IMG/VR virus record: IMGVR_UViG_3300009183_000009
Location: 1-62,242 of that record
DNA length: 62,242 nucleotides
Strand: one strand, 5' to 3'
Source: a virus
Lineage: Duplodnaviria > Caudoviricetes
The position numbers were made by a program, and so were the translations under genes. Shown here one piece after another: positions 30,401 to 38,318 of this stretch; position 1 is the first letter of the stretch, and every line of letters begins with the position of its first letter. The notes under the pieces are model-generated. The model was not told where the DNA came from. It ran no database searches and saw nothing but the letters and a program-made list of their open reading frames with translations.

Positions 30401-30875
30401 ACGCGGCTACACCGGCTCTATGGGTATGGCGCTGGCTCAGAGTTTTAACGTGGCAATGCCAACGCCCAAGGGCACACCAGAGCAAGCTACCAAGCGTTTG
30501 TCCGACACTCCTGTGATCGGCCCTTTGTTCCAGCCCAACGATGCTGGCGGCATTGTGGGCGCTGTCTATGACCGCATGACTGAGGTGAAAGAAGTCAAGC
30601 ACACGTTCGACGAGTTGGTAAAAGAAGGCCGTAGGGCAGAGGCCAAGGAGTATCTCCAGACGCATCTCAACGACTACGCCGCGTCAGCAGTGGGCGGCAA
30701 CGCTCAACAGCAGATGACGCTGATTACTCAAGCAATGAATGCGGTCAAAGCGTCCAATCTTCCTCCAGATCAGAAGCGAGCAAAGCTGGACGAGTTGCAG
30801 GCTTTGCGTATAAAGATCGCCACGAACATCCGGGAAGTCTTCGATAGAACCACACTCCAAGCATCCCGTCCTTGA
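21441..30875 (+). CDS. Large polyvalent virion protein (metallopeptidase-like, ART-like and LPD38-like domains)
   Basis: 3144 aa; LLHEVGVH at 26721; WHGT...GEG.QAFGYG.Y at 27120; RVPVPFEIG (LPD38-like) at about 30060. Confidence 0.8.
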   Translation: MPQYKVEIPGQGTFNVDSPEELTDAEVYAAVRQQLRSEKPQEPEAQPESGFFPALKSSASALKSDIASLAGRSGLMDLAKAEQIRKESEEYQRQTFAPTQEGWTEAPFTKFKELAGGSLPYMAAPIAAGMLAPEGAIGLGVAGLTSATQFAGSGLSRQMDEGKSLAETNLGAAVAASVPQAALDILSLRMIPGIRGIFGAVGKEMTEVEAQAIAKQGLAKTLGDYALTTGKTAGMEGLTEAGQQVFERLQAGLNLTDQQAQDEYFQNFLGGAVLGGALAPIGRYSERGKEQRQAKALLQQPEAVAPPEPSAPVAPTTAEEAIPEPTLRQPVSEKAAKEPVLPGAAASFKERLEQRKQLEKAVAPYEKEQARVAALTPFDYLMEQTSEVPKPTKVKEGEGLVAADMTGLPYAMKFAKQQIEAAKYNEIEPDVSKYIEYLLTKPDYANILATHAKQLPGLNAKQSKSVLAALPSALKLRAEAEAKKTAEAEKPAETPDKDLSHLEPLFNKAFEGKEPIIEVNENLMPTRNAKIVRENVNTLLQQADDVEATYRAARRAGNRAAAVSAFAQKQAITKKLNALTEETPAGALTEGKQKPPGEIDTRASYAREVIQLRRQQQKALEDIEITLNTLRAGDVMGREVEPVRDPDTGKITMKPVEIGKGAAGASGAVLAQRAESLRGDYINALLKEAATHRRALGKAPITVDEATKAASRVYDVVNEWIERSKAKPLPRSVEKPEFVEKIVQPAQKRAGKIIRGAVTERAYSDKPPAKAPEGYDETDGKWEKFPTGKPNPPFVWEFIDSRPVEGRFNEIARLSDKEVKHFKAQIDNVVKDLEEIPSEVSRETPLLKQQFAGAEAKKTAEARGETAATASGELRRLREYVGNMIDKALTRNPPEEIQNSLERAKEIIEDGKASKTLLDAAQNQAARILRGEDLGKQVYTRRELASSKRVVDNVPGREAETRIGERRTYRQVGYEAALAPEGSALRELQDAIKLYERTAQEGEIAGEGAAGQGQLFPETRKDIGYIRANPANFAKSPQIKPVWETLEQSRKLKAELDQKTKIDRARAVVAVKEVESLTALVDNIKANTKFFWADTTKWSDQALAKAFVPYPDIGNTAAEQALVDIYLKSPKSLSAQDKVTVDALIKTFTAKALPKYQEKLKQAVSMLAQGERLNDFNNKLLGFMQDSNKSVREAAEAKKQALAPLQEALDRIKVALKASPVLTEAQKEAIGLEGKISDQRAKYSQSVEAAIKKTNDQMVVARDAILNPQIEPVLRSLKAAGTRLEKVLDEITNAEEAFDAMLETEGGEERLLSSPYQVESLRKNKETAEKLIDQIQEQSKIYEDLLKQKNEDFTRSSIAVQAMLDKNVKYEREYLEILEGQLAFVRGENIDAMQEKPGERRMFEKVTATQKYPFAARRAEEAIKVQRAALEAAKKRADAFKKETDDTKDKIEKTQKQAATDIAEKLPGIQMSKGEVSKLKTAAEKEAEAKNKAELDLTAETIDAGRRAQIKQTKLDELNTELENLYLDFAGRAGPTDPALLQEFARNKKKSPATRAYAQAKLDLYNQIEILEAQEDSLKTGKPFKKPRTATTPSTAALAGAKEFRSGSDAQIEQRQKRIDAAIDKEYARYERLEAKATMQADKEARKYAENLFESDDYIEPSRQSYEFSRGVPSTGLTKAELEAELTAGMGEPVTGRGREAQVKRALSVYENLDEYLSQFKDATRQKLESQIPSDAKGFVQDGKAVLFANNIAKGEGLGVLLHEVGVHIGFRNFFNQAQYNALVKTVKSWAAREDGSMEARVGKAAMDRVKAAETPANQIDDELLAYAVEEAMKAGVDPEGVKKGSAVQNWLRMVVDAFRKALEKFGINAKNLTAGDLVNFAYGAAQLELKGTWHGTGVEFKEFDHAYMSSGEGHQAFGYGTYRAQQKGIGQNYQRIAAENQTEKWAERPDVKEWFESQKPKFTGTLPEGTPDWFLESALDTTAGVTKGVNPYQAFKFALEDNIEELENLPSVDEAGFKNVTNAEFKNKIKELKDLAKNAGSYLTAVYDEPVYKGRPHYDLFGDNPAAHAVLKFFRTALATGKEPSWENAFAEAKADAEHTIKVFEQTDLEKEGNAFYKRFKQIYEDLDTLDVKDFKYNPPSGAPVPEPVGYLLRTLHTRPENEYVHWDDLADKQPPVVKTVFKRIYDSFTPPQKEFFDRAISTTPLDRQNGQDLYQALSAVFEKSGTPSKLSDMMASEMLHAEGVAGIKFFDNPSRKTKQGTFNYVDFSDKGEGAQILGVDLEPVGQTKEMLFSRAVAPGFEDALNTANDIIAKPKTVRQRVEANLGLAFRTQVLDRLAPLEQIANTMLDPLKGTQMMYYLRMSDQRMSFVQQAVGRGVPQLVGYKRKDGQTEYLIESKEGVNLSSVVDTLKDAPGMNAEAANKLFTLYLAGKRAERVGYNKLNFSKTESEIRSAVTQIEGNKELLGVFEKARTQYNNYNRNLMKFMESTGAMSKEVAEQLASTNDYIPYYRERNGNAELVIGGEGTFKMGSLKDQPQLKELIGGEEKIMDFLTSSVENTSIIMDIGLRNKATTNAMFELVDLGIARFVKPDSTGPNIVRFKDRGEEKAVEINTRNTDFPADLLVKGLEGIPVNNSALVRAMGVPSNFLRKAITLNPLYSMRQIFRDSVAAPLMSGADMLPIIGALKQIGASATKEKLEARGIVGGQVFTGTNEDLTTILREFQSGKMGLSQLMARAEGIAMEADATTRRAQYDSYIKQGLSEMEATLMSLESMNFNRKGLSPSVRMASTLIPFFNAQLQSLDVLYRAMTGKMPFNERLDIQGKLYRRGMLLAGTAVAYAMLMQDDEAYKNANPDEKYGNFFVRIPGLKEPIRVPVPFEIGYIFKALPEAMVNIMANKHGDEEAYKAFKQIALQTIPGGTSLFLPAAVKPMIENAANYSFFTGRSLETKREQNLEAAYRYRDNTSEIAKIIGQAGNVSPIKIENLIRGYTGSMGMALAQSFNVAMPTPKGTPEQATKRLSDTPVIGPLFQPNDAGGIVGAVYDRMTEVKEVKHTFDELVKEGRRAEAKEYLQTHLNDYAASAVGGNAQQQMTLITQAMNAVKASNLPPDQKRAKLDELQALRIKIATNIREVFDRTTLQASRP

Positions 30876-31014
30876 CGCCGGGTATGCCATAAACTTTAAA
30901 GGGTTGGGGAACGGCGGCGCGTAGCCCCCGCTCCTTTATCTCCTCAACATTCAGGCCGGGCACAAAGAACCCATCACCCGGTTCAAGCTTCTCCCACGGA
31001 TACATTATTACCAT
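30745..31014 (-). CDS. Small hypothetical protein (YPW..L..GDGFFVP)
   Basis: Motif resembles small phage DNA-binding proteins; GAGG upstream; overlaps both neighbours. Confidence 0.65.
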   Translation of the reverse strand: MVIMYPWEKLEPGDGFFVPGLNVEEIKERGLRAAVPQPFKVYGIPGVKDGMLGVWFYRRLPGCSWRSLYAKPATRPALLASDLEEDWTL

Positions 31015-33901
31015 TGAAGTGTTCTTCCTCAAACGTGATGTGCATTGCGTTAACTCTCATAACAGGGCCGTTGGTCTTGCCGAGCATATCTTTCTTGGTG
31101 TACTTGACGCGGAACATTTTCTCCATCTGCTTCTTGAACTCGTCGTAGCTAAAGCTCATGCTGACGCAATGCTTCTTGAGTAGCTGTTCCTCGATGTAGT
31201 ACTCCCTGAACCCATCAGCAAGCGTGCCATGCTCCACACGCCCCAGCACCTTAGACCTAGTGAGCGACTTGTCAACCGACTCGCCATCTCCCCATGCAGC
31301 CAGCAATCGGCCATCCGCTTTCTTGATGATGATAAAGCTGCCGTAGTTGTCGCCGGTATAAGCATTGAGCACGTCCTCGGCTGTGCGCACACTGCCACGG
31401 ATGATGCCGCGTGCTTTGTCCACAACGAGTTTCAAAGCGTTAATAACTTTCTGTACTTCCACATCAATGATGTTGGCGTAGTCCCTGCGCAGGAGAATGG
31501 CAGACGCAACAATTACAGTACAGCCAGCGTGCCAGTAGCGCTCGTCGTCATCAAAGTCCATGACCTTTTTCAAGTGCGCGTGCGTCTTAGCAACTACTTC
31601 TTTAGCAACATCTTGGTGCTTGGTCAACCATCTAACCCACGCTTCACCAGCCACACCGTAGTGACGCTTTATGTCCAGCAGGACTTCACGCTCTTTAGGA
31701 GTCCACGACAGCTTGATGTTTGGGTTCCACTCCAGCATACGCAGAAGTTCGCCGTTTGAACTGAACTTCCTTGCGCCAGCCATGTAGTCGGTCAGGCTTT
31801 CGTTGGAGGTCATGGTGCAGGTGGTTTTCCAAGACGTGTTGTTGAGACGCTCCTTGTTGGCTCCCGCCTCCATACGCTCCTTGCCCTGCGCTTCAGCAAA
31901 GTCAAAAATGAACACTGGTGCCCATTCCATGTTGGCACGTTGGGTGTTGGTGATCTCGTCCACAAGCAGAGGCATACTGTTGAGCAAGCCAGCGCGTTGT
32001 TGCATGGCTACTGGGGATGTGCCTTTGCCTGTCCTATACCTCAGGGGGTGACCCCATACACCAGCCTTGGCACTCAGCACCAGCGACTTACCAGTACCAG
32101 ACTCGCGGGAACCGATGTGCCACACGAAGCCCTCATACTCGGTGAACCGCATCAAGGATGCACCAAACGAATCCAGACATACAGCCAGCGCCGTCTCCAT
32201 GTTGAGCTTGTCCACAAAGATGGTCTGCCACATCTTCTTCCATGTCTGCAAGTCACCGTCGCTGTTGGTGTTGCGGTTGATGTTCTCCAGACCGGGCATG
32301 GGGATGCGTGTCTCTCTGCCGTCCTTGGTGAACACGCGGTTGTTGTAGACGAAGCTGTCGTCCTCCTGCCAACCACATTGATAGGGCACGACGATGGGCT
32401 TCTTGGCTTGCGATGCCTCGCCTACACAAGCACGCACATACTCATAAAGCTGTTTGTCGTAGCCTGCAAAGGTAGACACAATGTTCTGACTAGCCAACCA
32501 CTTGAGAGTCTCGTCCTTGCTGACAACCGATTTCTGTGGAAAGTTCAGCGTTAACACGCCTTCGGGACGCACAGCGGCCATGTGAACCAAGTGCTCGTTT
32601 TCCATCTTGAGCAAGTCAACCACAAACAAGTCGTAGGGAACAAGCTGGATGGTCTTCTTGCTTTTCTTGCCCTCCTCGTCTGCCTCCTCCTTAACAAAGT
32701 ACACACCGCCGTTCTCGCCGTAGCTGTAACCCCTTGGTGGGAGTGGGCGTCTTACTGCGGGTATGTTGTCTGGCGTGTCGCCCTCATCGCTTTCATCCAG
32801 CGCAAAGAACTCCTCCTCAACAAACTCCTCGCTGACAGTCGACAAAGGGATTACTTTCTCTGTGTTGTCTGCCTTAAGTTCCCGCCCCAGTATCAAGGGG
32901 TTGGTGATCTTACCCCAGTGTGGACAACCTGTGCATATCCCGGGATTGAGTGAGTCCATTGCCACGCAGGAGTACGGCCCTTTGATCTCAGACAACTTTT
33001 GTTGCATCCGATCTAGCGGGTATGGGTGCATCTCTGACAGCCACACCGCCTTTTCATCGCCGTCATTGCAGACCTTGGCCCAAGAGAGCAGACCGCGCCA
33101 TACAGGTTCCTTGCCGTCATCCTGCGCCGTGTTGAGATAATCCACAACCTGACCGCATTTCGACTCAAAGCTGGCAAACAGCGTGGTGCTGTTCTCAATG
33201 AGCTTGACTTGCGCCTTGGTCATTGCCTTTGAGGGACGTGCGCCGGGCAGGGAGAGTGTCTCAACCCTTTGTATCGGATCAGCTTTTTCAACAAGGTGTT
33301 TGTCGATGAGCGCCGCAATGTCTTCAAACTTAAAGATGTCGCCCTCGGCCAGCAGTTTCACTGGCATCGGCTTGCTGTACTTCTTCTTGTGATTGAAAGT
33401 TTCTGGGAAGCGCATCACCCTTGCGGAGTCAGCCGTCACCGACATGTCGATAGACATCTTCTCCTGCGCACACAGACGTTTCAAGTTTTCAGCAACAGGT
33501 TTCCAAACAGCAGTTGACAGTTCTTCTGTCAGAGGCCAGTAACAATGTATTCCACCACCTGAAGACACAATCCACGGCTTGCCCAGTTCAGACAAGCCAA
33601 CCTTCTCCATAAAGGCATCCAACGCAAGGGCGGCGGCTTTCTTGGACTCGTACCCATCCATGTCGATGAAGAACGCTTTGATCTTCAGCGTGTTCTCTGC
33701 CGTGCGCTTACCTGCCTTTGCAAAAGTGGATAAAGCAAAGAAAATGTTGTAGTCGGCTTTGTTCCAGCGGTCTACATAGGGTAGTAAGTCCTCAAGTTTT
33801 TCAACAAAGGCGTGTTCTCTCTTTTTGGTTAATTCGACCGCGCAGTAGTACCCCGTACCCGGAGACGGAAGAACCACCGCTAAAAATTCAAGCGGAGTCA
33901 T
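30983..33901 (-). CDS. Primase-helicase (AEP-type primase, Cys cluster, DUF927/Cch-like helicase)
   Basis: FFIDMD, SSGGGIHCYW, D..RVMR.P primase motifs; C...C..CPH cluster; ESGTGKS Walker A and LVDE Walker B. Confidence 0.88.
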   Translation of the reverse strand: MTPLEFLAVVLPSPGTGYYCAVELTKKREHAFVEKLEDLLPYVDRWNKADYNIFFALSTFAKAGKRTAENTLKIKAFFIDMDGYESKKAAALALDAFMEKVGLSELGKPWIVSSGGGIHCYWPLTEELSTAVWKPVAENLKRLCAQEKMSIDMSVTADSARVMRFPETFNHKKKYSKPMPVKLLAEGDIFKFEDIAALIDKHLVEKADPIQRVETLSLPGARPSKAMTKAQVKLIENSTTLFASFESKCGQVVDYLNTAQDDGKEPVWRGLLSWAKVCNDGDEKAVWLSEMHPYPLDRMQQKLSEIKGPYSCVAMDSLNPGICTGCPHWGKITNPLILGRELKADNTEKVIPLSTVSEEFVEEEFFALDESDEGDTPDNIPAVRRPLPPRGYSYGENGGVYFVKEEADEEGKKSKKTIQLVPYDLFVVDLLKMENEHLVHMAAVRPEGVLTLNFPQKSVVSKDETLKWLASQNIVSTFAGYDKQLYEYVRACVGEASQAKKPIVVPYQCGWQEDDSFVYNNRVFTKDGRETRIPMPGLENINRNTNSDGDLQTWKKMWQTIFVDKLNMETALAVCLDSFGASLMRFTEYEGFVWHIGSRESGTGKSLVLSAKAGVWGHPLRYRTGKGTSPVAMQQRAGLLNSMPLLVDEITNTQRANMEWAPVFIFDFAEAQGKERMEAGANKERLNNTSWKTTCTMTSNESLTDYMAGARKFSSNGELLRMLEWNPNIKLSWTPKEREVLLDIKRHYGVAGEAWVRWLTKHQDVAKEVVAKTHAHLKKVMDFDDDERYWHAGCTVIVASAILLRRDYANIIDVEVQKVINALKLVVDKARGIIRGSVRTAEDVLNAYTGDNYGSFIIIKKADGRLLAAWGDGESVDKSLTRSKVLGRVEHGTLADGFREYYIEEQLLKKHCVSMSFSYDEFKKQMEKMFRVKYTKKDMLGKTNGPVMRVNAMHITFEEEHFNGNNVSVGEA

Positions 33902-33915
33902 ATCTGTCCTTTGGG

Positions 33916-34137
33916 TTATTTATAGTCGTCTGTCGCGTGGTCTATGCCTTGCTTAAAGCCATCCTCAAAACCTTCGTGAAAAGCTTTCTCTTTGCTGTCA
34001 ATAAGCTCAGCCGTGCGCTCCACAAGCACCTCAATCCAATCAGGGGTAACTTTGTCGAAACCCATGATGTAGATATAGCGCAGAAGTTCGTTGTTACTCA
34101 GTTGTCGAGGCTGAATGCTTTGCATGTTTTTCTCCAA
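33916..34137 (-). CDS. Hypothetical protein
   Basis: Fills the gap in the operon; true start may be the internal MQSIQPR. Confidence 0.65.
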   Translation of the reverse strand: MEKNMQSIQPRQLSNNELLRYIYIMGFDKVTPDWIEVLVERTAELIDSKEKAFHEGFEDGFKQGIDHATDDYK

Positions 34138-34376
34138 GCCTCGTCGGCGCTACTAGATGTTTGCAGGATTTTGAGAAGCGAACTGACAACAGGCCGGTAC
34201 GCTACGAAGACTTCACCACCACCGAACCAGTTGTAAACAGACTGCCGTGAAGCGCCTGTTGCCTTGGCTATTTTGATGACTGGGAAATTGTGATGGACAG
34301 CCCAGCGCCCGAGTTGGTTGCCCAACGTCTTTGGCGCTTTCATGACCATGTTGATTGTTTGATTAGAGTAAGCCAT
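34098..34376 (-). CDS. Cro-like helix-turn-helix protein
   Basis: V.KIAKATGASRQSVYNWF.G helix-turn-helix. Confidence 0.8.
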   Translation of the reverse strand: MAYSNQTINMVMKAPKTLGNQLGRWAVHHNFPVIKIAKATGASRQSVYNWFGGGEVFVAYRPVVSSLLKILQTSSSADEAWRKTCKAFSLDN

Positions 34377-34406
34377 TTTGATAGGGGCTTGCGCCCCACC
34401 CCTTTC

Positions 34407-35354
34407 TTACTCGTCCCAATCGTCAACCATTGCCGCCAAGGATGACTTCTTGGCAGGCACGGCACTCGGCTTCTTCTCTTCCTTGCGGACAGTAGGCTCT
34501 TCGCTTTCCTCCTCAACAACAGGCTCGGCCTTGGCTTTCGCTTTGGGCTTGGATGCTGGCGCTTCTTCCTCTTCTTCAACCACCTTGGCAGTTGGACGCT
34601 TGCCGCCAATGGCTAGGGGAGCCGCCACATTGTTGGAAACAAACATAGCGATAGCTTTCTGCGCTTCGGGGCTCTGACCTTTCTCCGCAATGTTGGGGTA
34701 CTCATCATCACTCAACCAACGCATAGCCTTGAAGAACAGCTTGGGGGACTCAGACTGGGTATCAAACTTCAAGCGTGTCACAACCTCGCTGGGGTCAACA
34801 GGGTTGGGGGTCTGCGCCAACAAGAAGCGAGCATAGGCTTGCAGGGGGCGGTTGTCGCCTTCTTCTTTACCAAAGATTGACTTGGCTGGCAGAGTCAGTT
34901 GCAGGACATCTCCCTCCATGTCGTTGGCAAGAACTACAGCAACACGTTGTTGGTAGCGGCAAGCACGGCTGTTACCTTGACCGGAGCCAGCGACATTCTG
35001 TTGGCAGTCAGTACAGGTAGCGGCTTGCTTGTTGGATGCGTCAGCGCTTGGCTTCTCACCATCGCCAGACCAGCAGTCAGGTGCGTTGGCTTCGCCGTCA
35101 TAGGACTTCATGTAGAACACACGTCCGATTTTGGGAGCGGCGGCGACAATCACTACGTCAAGGTAGCGTTCTTCGATAGCGGCAACTTCTTTGCCAGAGC
35201 TATACAAGCGGAACACGCCGCCTTTGATTGAGATGCGTTTGCCGCCATCACCGCCACCACTGCCAGCGAGGGCTTTGGCTACGGCAGACAGACCTGTGCG
35301 GTTTTTTACAAATGCAGGAACCGCGCCCTGATTAAAAATGGTCACGTTACTCAC
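34407..35354 (-). CDS. ssDNA-binding / annealing protein
   Basis: RISIKGG.F, PDCWS..G..P, C..C, RAC Zn-type motifs; acidic aromatic tail DDWDE; AGGAG RBS with GTG start. Confidence 0.7.
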   Translation of the reverse strand: MSNVTIFNQGAVPAFVKNRTGLSAVAKALAGSGGGDGGKRISIKGGVFRLYSSGKEVAAIEERYLDVVIVAAAPKIGRVFYMKSYDGEANAPDCWSGDGEKPSADASNKQAATCTDCQQNVAGSGQGNSRACRYQQRVAVVLANDMEGDVLQLTLPAKSIFGKEEGDNRPLQAYARFLLAQTPNPVDPSEVVTRLKFDTQSESPKLFFKAMRWLSDDEYPNIAEKGQSPEAQKAIAMFVSNNVAAPLAIGGKRPTAKVVEEEEEAPASKPKAKAKAEPVVEEESEEPTVRKEEKKPSAVPAKKSSLAAMVDDWDE

Positions 35355-35370
35355 GTTATATTTCTCCTGA

Positions 35371-35820
35371 TTACTTGGTTGGTTTACGAACAGAGATTGC
35401 GTACTCAGATACTGAGTTCAATCCGGGGGGTACAAGGCCGGGGTTTTCTTCAAGGAATGTCGACATGTTGGTCTGCGCTATGCGCTTCTCAAGCAAGTCA
35501 ACTGCTTCGTGCTGAAGCACAAAGGTCTTGAACGAGTCCCAGTCTTGTGTGTTGTAGCGTGTCTTGGTAGACAGCACTACAGTGCCTTGGTCAGTGCGCA
35601 CAGAGGACACGCCTAGTGCAAGCATCTGATCTTTTAGTGCGATCTTCACGGTGTCTTGTTGCCGCTTGATCTCTTCAACTTCATTTTCGTACCCTTGAGT
35701 TAGCTCTTGAATTCGAGCCGCCATTCTGCGGTACACCTTAGCCAGTTTGTCCATTGGGACGTTGGCTAACTCCTTGCTCTCTTCTGTGAGAGGTGCTTCA
35801 TCATCTATGACTGAGGTCAT
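35371..35820 (-). CDS. Coiled-coil replication-module protein (Gam-like architecture)
   Basis: N-terminal coiled coil then SVRT..GT, DWD.F, LLEKRI; AGGAG RBS. Confidence 0.7.
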   Translation of the reverse strand: MTSVIDDEAPLTEESKELANVPMDKLAKVYRRMAARIQELTQGYENEVEEIKRQQDTVKIALKDQMLALGVSSVRTDQGTVVLSTKTRYNTQDWDSFKTFVLQHEAVDLLEKRIAQTNMSTFLEENPGLVPPGLNSVSEYAISVRKPTK

Positions 35821-35838
35821 TTGCTTCTCCTATTTTTT

Positions 35839-35881
35839 TGTCTAAGGTTTAACATCATACACGGAACAAAATCTCTTGCAA
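35839..35881 (-). promoter_or_regulatory. Sigma70-like promoter with a TGTC-N8-(G/A)ACA operator at the start site
   Basis: TTGCAA-16-TATGAT on the minus strand; imperfect palindrome at 35839-35854. Confidence 0.55.
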
Positions 35882-35889
35882 CTCCTTTC

Positions 35890-37452
35890 TTAAATATTTT
35901 TTACTTCGCTATCAAACATGCCGACAAGCAACGCATGGTCAGTAACTTTAGCGGCCATTGCTTTGAATAGTTTTTTCTCAATTGGGCTTGACTCAATGTG
36001 TACCACAGTAACTTTGTCAGAGTCTTGACCCTTGCGATCTGCGCGAGCAATACATTGTGTGTACATCTCAACAGACATCAGAGGGCCAAAGAATACAACT
36101 GTGTCAGCGGCAGTCAGGGTAATCCCGTGGGCAGTTGCTTGAGGTTGCAACACGAGCACGCGTATCTTGTCAGTAGTCTGAAAGTCCGCAATGATCTGAC
36201 CGCGTTTTGTTGCTGTCACGTCGCCATGAATTTGTCCCACGGCAACGCCATTGCCTGACAAGTGCCGCACAATCGACTCAATGCTTGACCTGAACAGCGC
36301 AAAGATAATGACTTTTCTTTGTGTCTCCTCGAGCACTTCGTCCAACACATTGAGGCGTGGGGACGCATCGAACTCCACAACTTCTTTGTCGTCTGTGTAC
36401 GCCGCACCGCAAGATATTTGTAGCAACTTGTTTACCGCAACACCGGCATTGACTGCGCTGATGGTCTCCCCCGCCGCACGCACCATCATCTGCTCTTTGA
36501 GTAGGCGGTAGTATTTGTTTTGCTGGGGTGTCATGGGCACCTCACGCGTCACCGTGATAACTGGTGGCAGGTCAAGGCACTGGTCTTTTGTAAAACGTAT
36601 TGCTGGTTGAAGCACCTCGTACACCATGTCGCGTGCGTTAGCTTTGGGTGCCCACTTGAACATGCTGATCTTGTTCATCACCTTGTCGCGCCATGCAGTC
36701 TGAAACTTGGGCACGCCTGTAGGGTTGACCAGTCGAGCTAAGCCATACGCGTCCACAGGAGACTGCGAGGCAGGAGTGCCAGTCATCATCCACAGGTGGG
36801 TGTCGGGTCTGATGATTGATGCCAACGCCTTCCATCGCCGCGTAGACGGATTCTTGTATGCGTTTGCCTCATCGACAATCACAAGATCAAAGCGCCCATC
36901 ATTAATAATCTCTGTGGCAATCAAGTTGAGCCCATCGTAGTTGGCAATGACAAACTCGTAGTCTTGCTGAATCATCTCTATACGCCGTGAGGCTTGTTGA
37001 TGGTGTGCGACCACAGCGCTTCTGTGAATGATGCTTCGGTTGATGTCACCCATCCATGCGCTGTGCATGATGGACAAGGGGCACAGTATCAGCACCCTAC
37101 GCACCTCGCCTTTGTTCATCAAGTAGTCTGCCGCCCACAAGGCAGAGAGCGTCTTACCAGTTCCGGGGTCGTTAAAACAGAACGATCTGCGGTTCAAAGT
37201 CATGAACGCGGAGGTTTCTATTTGGTGAGCCATTGGTATAAACTTTCCCGGCCAGTGGTAGCGCTTAGTGATGGGCGACGGCACATCTTTTACTCCGAGA
37301 TTTTTGAGTACGCGTGTCTCGTCAAGCCCCCAGTACACAGCCACTTGATAGACGCCATCCTCATGACCAAGGACTTTGTGTTTGGGGATGATGCTGTACT
37401 TGTTTGGATTGCGCGTGCGTAGTATCAGCGCTTTGTTGTCAACAATTTCCAT
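35890..37452 (-). CDS. SNF2-family (SF2) helicase
   Basis: DPGTGKT, IVDEAN, MTGTP and Q...R..R.GQ motifs; ATG overlaps the upstream stop at 37452. Confidence 0.9.
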   Translation of the reverse strand: MEIVDNKALILRTRNPNKYSIIPKHKVLGHEDGVYQVAVYWGLDETRVLKNLGVKDVPSPITKRYHWPGKFIPMAHQIETSAFMTLNRRSFCFNDPGTGKTLSALWAADYLMNKGEVRRVLILCPLSIMHSAWMGDINRSIIHRSAVVAHHQQASRRIEMIQQDYEFVIANYDGLNLIATEIINDGRFDLVIVDEANAYKNPSTRRWKALASIIRPDTHLWMMTGTPASQSPVDAYGLARLVNPTGVPKFQTAWRDKVMNKISMFKWAPKANARDMVYEVLQPAIRFTKDQCLDLPPVITVTREVPMTPQQNKYYRLLKEQMMVRAAGETISAVNAGVAVNKLLQISCGAAYTDDKEVVEFDASPRLNVLDEVLEETQRKVIIFALFRSSIESIVRHLSGNGVAVGQIHGDVTATKRGQIIADFQTTDKIRVLVLQPQATAHGITLTAADTVVFFGPLMSVEMYTQCIARADRKGQDSDKVTVVHIESSPIEKKLFKAMAAKVTDHALLVGMFDSEVKNI

Positions 37453-37778
37453 TACGCATCTTCCTTCAACCGCGCCCACGGCGTGTTGCTTTCTCTGAAC
37501 TCAACCTCTTCCATCAGTTTGTTTCTGTGAAGTCTTGATGATGCGTCCAACCAAAACTCATCATCTAGTTCAGACACATCAATCCACAAGTCTCCAAACT
37601 TTACTCGCCACGCATTGACCAATGTTGATAGCGGGATGGAATACGCTTCACGTTTATTGGGGTCGTCTACTTTCATGGCGGTGTATGGTTTTTTTGGTCT
37701 TAGCGCTTCTCTTGCATAAACGGACAAGTCTTCTAAGTCTTCTGTCAGTTGTTGACCAAGTGTTTTCATTCTTCCCAT
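37452..37778 (-). CDS. Hypothetical protein, paralog of 37793-38167
   Basis: GGAGAAGCAA-ATG start; EAYSIPLSTLVNAW...FGD.W. Confidence 0.7.
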   Translation of the reverse strand: MGRMKTLGQQLTEDLEDLSVYAREALRPKKPYTAMKVDDPNKREAYSIPLSTLVNAWRVKFGDLWIDVSELDDEFWLDASSRLHRNKLMEEVEFRESNTPWARLKEDA

Positions 37779-37792
37779 TTGCTTCTCCTGTT

Positions 37793-38167
37793 TTATTCTG
37801 GCATTCGGCACACATAACGTGCCCTGTCTGTTAAAAAATGAACTTCAACTTCTCCGAGTTGTTTAAGTCTGTTAAAAACTAATCTAAAAAATTCTTCTTC
37901 TTCTATTGACTCCATCGGCACCCAATCGTTTCCAAAACGTGCTATCCAAAGATTGACCAACCTGTCAACTGGAATTTTGAATGCTTCATTTTCAAGCATT
38001 GCGCTTGTGATTTCACTTTCAACAACACGCTTTGCTTTTAACGTCCAGTCATTTGATGCTGTGGTCTGATTTACGTTTGAAGCTTCGATTGTCAGATGCT
38101 GATTTGACGCGTAGATTGCTTCTATTTGTTGCCCCGCCTTTTGAAAGGGGTTGTTTATGATCGACAT
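37793..38167 (-). CDS. Hypothetical protein, paralog of 37452-37778 (start uncertain)
   Basis: EAFKIPVDRLVNLW...FGNDW; ATG 38167 has GGAG 9 nt upstream and lies inside the HNH gene. Confidence 0.6.
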   Translation of the reverse strand: MSIINNPFQKAGQQIEAIYASNQHLTIEASNVNQTTASNDWTLKAKRVVESEITSAMLENEAFKIPVDRLVNLWIARFGNDWVPMESIEEEEFFRLVFNRLKQLGEVEVHFLTDRARYVCRMPE

Positions 38168-38309
38168 CTTTTCCATCTCCTTTTTGTACGATACCTTCTT
38201 TCATAAGCATTGCGCGTGCTTTATTTCGAGCGGTTCTTTTTTTAATGATCTCAGGCTTCTGCTCATACTTTGCGTAAGAGGGGCGGTCTGCGGGGTTTTT
38301 GTAAGGCAT
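38049..38309 (-). CDS. HNH endonuclease
   Basis: DVDHK.PLSKGG....NLR.....N. Confidence 0.85.
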   Translation of the reverse strand: MPYKNPADRPSYAKYEQKPEIIKKRTARNKARAMLMKEGIVQKGDGKDVDHKQPLSKGGATNRSNLRVKSASDNRSFKRKSDHSIK

Positions 38310-38318
38310 GAGTTTTCC

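Noticed and set aside
21560-30665. Many antisense and alternate-frame ORFs in the track, here and genome-wide
   Set aside because: They are shadows of long genes with no RBS or recognisable motifs; only Rz1 and the 37793 overlap had independent support.
35403-35417. ACTCAGATACTGAGT resembling the early operator
   Set aside because: It lies in a CDS and lacks the AGTATCA-N3-TGATACT spacing.
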